Assembly (NCBI RefSeq): GCF_001457595.1
Contig: NZ_LN831039.1
Coordinates: forward strand, 5,490,001-5,522,000
From: Mycolicibacterium smegmatis
GTDB lineage: Bacteria > Actinomycetota > Actinomycetes > Mycobacteriales > Mycobacteriaceae
DNA: 32,000 bases
Direction: 5' to 3'
The number at the start of each line of letters is the position of its first letter. The first letter of the stretch is position 1. Positions 29,439 through 32,000 of the stretch are shown here, piece by piece. Position numbers and translations under genes: made by a program. Below the pieces are notes generated by a model. That model made no database searches. It saw nothing but the letters and a program-made list of their open reading frames with translations, and was not told the DNA's origin.

Positions 29439-30091
29439 GGCGGTCGCGGGCCGTGACGATCGTCGCTGCCGTCATGTCCGTACTGACGGTGGCTGCGTGT
29501 GGTGCGGAAACGCCCGACTACCAGTCGATCTGGACGACGACCACGACCACAACCACAACCCCGTCGGGTGAGCCGCCCGTCCCGCTGTGGCAGCACCTGG
29601 AGAGCAACGGCATCGTCGGGGAACCCGTCGCGCCGGAGAAGATCCCCGATCTGACCGTCAGCATGCCCACGCCACCGGGCTGGCACCCGTACAACAATCC
29701 GAACCTGGCGCCGTTCACCCGGATGATCGCCAAGGGCGACACCTACCCGACGGCGATGCTGCTCGCGTTCAAGCTCTACGGCGACTTCGACGTCAAGGCG
29801 GCGCTGCGCGACCACGGCTACGCCGATGCGCAGCTGTCGGAGAACTTCAAGCAGCTCAACGCCTCTCTGGACGACTGGCGCGGCTTCCCGTCGGCGATGA
29901 TCGAGGGCAGCTACGACCTCAACGGCCGGCGGATGCAGTCCTACAACCGCGTCGTCATCCCCACCACCGAGCAGGCTCCCCCACAGCGCTACCTGATCCA
30001 GCTGACCGTCACCACCTACGCCGAACAGGCCGAGGCGCAGGCAGAGGACATCGAGGCGATCATCGCGGGTTTCACCGTCGCGAAGAAGTAA
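29435..30091 (+). CDS. lpqT: LpqT-like lipoprotein (GTG start at 29435 or 29453)
   Basis: Lipobox VAAC; VPLWQHLESNGIVGEPVAPEKIPDLTVSMPTPPGWHPYNNPNLAPFTRMIAKGDTYPTAMLLAFKLYGDFD; overlaps arsC stop. Confidence 0.88.
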   Translation: MRRSRAVTIVAAVMSVLTVAACGAETPDYQSIWTTTTTTTTTPSGEPPVPLWQHLESNGIVGEPVAPEKIPDLTVSMPTPPGWHPYNNPNLAPFTRMIAKGDTYPTAMLLAFKLYGDFDVKAALRDHGYADAQLSENFKQLNASLDDWRGFPSAMIEGSYDLNGRRMQSYNRVVIPTTEQAPPQRYLIQLTVTTYAEQAEAQAEDIEAIIAGFTVAKK

Positions 30092-30120
30092 GACGCCAGC
30101 GAAGTCGTTAGGGTGACGAC

Positions 30121-30993
30121 ATGACGCAGTGGACCAGTGCTGATCTCCCCTCGTTCCGCGGCCGCACCGTCGTGATCACCGGAGCCAACAGCGGGCTCGG
30201 ACTCGTCACCGCACGAGAACTCGCGCGTGTGGGCGCCAAGGTCATCGTCGCCGTCCGCAATCTCGACAAAGGCACCGCGGCTGCCGAGACCATGCCGGGC
30301 GGCATCGTCGAGGTGCGCAAACTCGATCTGCAGGACCTCGCGTCGGTGCACGAGTTCGCCGACACCGTCGAGACCGTCGATGTCCTGGTGAACAACGCCG
30401 GCATCATGGCGGTGCCGCTCGCGCGCACAGTCGACGGCTTCGAGAGCCAGATCGGCACCAACCACCTGGGCCACTTCGCGCTCACCAACCTGCTGCTGCC
30501 CAAGATCTCCGACCGTGTGGTCACGGTGTCGTCGATGATGCACTGGATCGGCCGCATCAACCTGCGCGACCTCAACTGGAAGGCACGGCCCTACTCGGCG
30601 TGGCTGGCCTACGGACAGTCCAAGCTCGCGAACCTGATGTTCACCTCGGAACTGCAACGCCGCCTCGTCGCCTCCGGGTCGTCGGTGCGCGCGCTGGCCG
30701 CCCACCCTGGCTATTCGGCCACCAACCTGCAGGGACACTCGGGCAACCGGTTCGGAACCGCGGCGGCCGCGCTGGGAAACCGGCACCTGGCCACCGACGT
30801 CACGTTCGGTGCCCGCCAGACGCTGTACGCGGTGTCTCAGGACCTGCCCGGCGACACCTTCGTCGGTCCCCGGTTCGGGCAGTGGGGACCCACCGGATCT
30901 GTCGGCCGCAGCCCCCTGGCGCGTCGCACCGACACCCAGCGGGCGCTGTGGGAGCTGTCCGAGCAGCTCACCGGCACCTCATACCCGCTCTGA
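30121..30993 (+). CDS. Short-chain dehydrogenase/reductase
   Basis: VVITGANSGLGLVTARELARVGAKVI; NNAGIMAVP; YGQSKLANLMFTSEL (YxxxK). Confidence 0.95.
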   Translation: MTQWTSADLPSFRGRTVVITGANSGLGLVTARELARVGAKVIVAVRNLDKGTAAAETMPGGIVEVRKLDLQDLASVHEFADTVETVDVLVNNAGIMAVPLARTVDGFESQIGTNHLGHFALTNLLLPKISDRVVTVSSMMHWIGRINLRDLNWKARPYSAWLAYGQSKLANLMFTSELQRRLVASGSSVRALAAHPGYSATNLQGHSGNRFGTAAAALGNRHLATDVTFGARQTLYAVSQDLPGDTFVGPRFGQWGPTGSVGRSPLARRTDTQRALWELSEQLTGTSYPL

Positions 30994-31151
30994 CGTTTTG
31001 GGCCGGGCGGAGTTTCTTTGCTACCCTGACCAGGCGTCACGGCGAGGGTGGACCTTGATGGACCACCGTTATCGACGGGAACTTCTTCTAAGTGTTGCGA
31101 CCCTGGCCGTGCTGACGAACCGAGTACAGGGACTATCAGGAGCAACACCCC

Positions 31152-31799
31152 ATGGCCAAGACCGCCAACATCCCCAACAAGCTGACCGCCAACGTGCGCA
31201 CCCGCACCGGCAAGGGCGCCTCGCGCCAGGCCCGTCGCGACGGCAAGGTGCCCGCCGTGCTGTACGGCCACGGCACCGATCCGCAGCACCTGGAGCTCAA
31301 CGCCCGCGACTTCGCGGCCGTCCTGCGCAGCCACGGCACCAACGCGATCCTGACCCTGGACATCGAGGGCACCGAGCAGCTCGCGCTGACCAAGGCGCTC
31401 GACGTTCACCCCATCCGCCGCAACATCCAGCACGCAGACCTGCTCGTCGTGCAGCGCGGCGAAAAGGTCACCGTCGAGGTGACCGTCCTCGTCGAGGGTG
31501 ACGCGACCCCGGGCACCCTGGTCACCCAGGACGCCAACACCATCGAGATCGAGGCCGAGGCCCTGTCGATCCCCGAGCAGCTCACCGTGTCGGTCGAGGG
31601 TGTCGAGGCCGGCACCCAGATCACCGCGGGCCAGATCTCGCTGCCCGAGGGCGTCAACCTGATCTCGGATCCCGAGCTGCTGGTGGTCAACGTCGTCGAG
31701 GCCCCGAGCGCCGAGGCTCTCGAGGAAGAAGGCGCCGGCGAGACCGGTGCTGCCGAGGCCCCGGCCGAAGAGGCTCCCGCCGAAGAGCCGGCCGAGTAA
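31152..31799 (+). CDS. rplY: 50S ribosomal protein L25/general stress protein Ctc
   Basis: [35 protein letters not shown]; typical C-terminal TL5 domain and acidic Ala/Glu tail; GGAG RBS. Confidence 0.96.
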
Positions 31800-31811
31800 G
31801 GCCTTTCCTGG

Positions 31812-32000
31812 ATGGCCGAGCCACTGCTGGTGGTGGGCCTGGGAAATCCCGGGCCCACCTATGCCAAGACCCGGCACAACCTCGGCTTCATGGTGGCCGA
31901 CGTGCTCGCCGGGCGGATCGGCTCAGCGTTCAAGGTGCACAAGAAGTCCGGCGCCGAGGTGGTGACGGGCCGGTTGGCAGGCACCTCCGTGGTGCTCGCC
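31812..32000 (+). CDS. pth: Peptidyl-tRNA hydrolase (3' truncated by the window)
   Basis: My translation: [63 protein letters not shown]; follows rplY. Confidence 0.95.
   Translation, partial: MAEPLLVVGLGNPGPTYAKTRHNLGFMVADVLAGRIGSAFKVHKKSGAEVVTGRLAGTSVVLA

Noticed and set aside
29480-29570. Thr tract (ACG/ACC/ACA codons) in lpqT as a possible microsatellite or phase-variable site
   Set aside because: Codons are mixed and units are in-frame triplets, so slippage would not switch the gene off; this is a linker after the lipobox.

Overview
This is a GC-rich actinobacterial chromosomal window. Gene content and order (ppx - DUF501 - ftsB-like - eno - lpqU; mazG - mfd - TetR - tRNA-Gln - glmU - prs - arsC-like - lpqT - SDR - rplY - pth) point to a rapidly growing Mycobacterium (Mycolicibacterium), M. 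smegmatis-like. Most of it is conserved housekeeping. Three areas stand out. (1) A tightly packed cassette (about 4.17-8.15 kb) has a ZIP-type transporter, a divergent Lgt-like protein, a proline-rich membrane protein, a radical SAM enzyme with an MJ0619/tetraether-lipid-synthase-like cysteine layout, and a small membrane protein. It may be an uncharacterised lipid-modification system. (2) A 32-aa protein with 6 Cys and 2 His, absent from the ORF track, lies between nmtR-like/ctpD-like metal genes and the ZIP gene, followed by two strong hairpins. (3) A 992-aa exported protein of unclear function sits in an islet with palindromic REP-like elements on both flanks and an orphan ORF remnant. An efeUOB iron-uptake operon with a 10-bp-phased motif array upstream is also present. 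No CRISPR array, phage or IS element was seen. All family assignments are from reading the sequence and from recall; no search was run.
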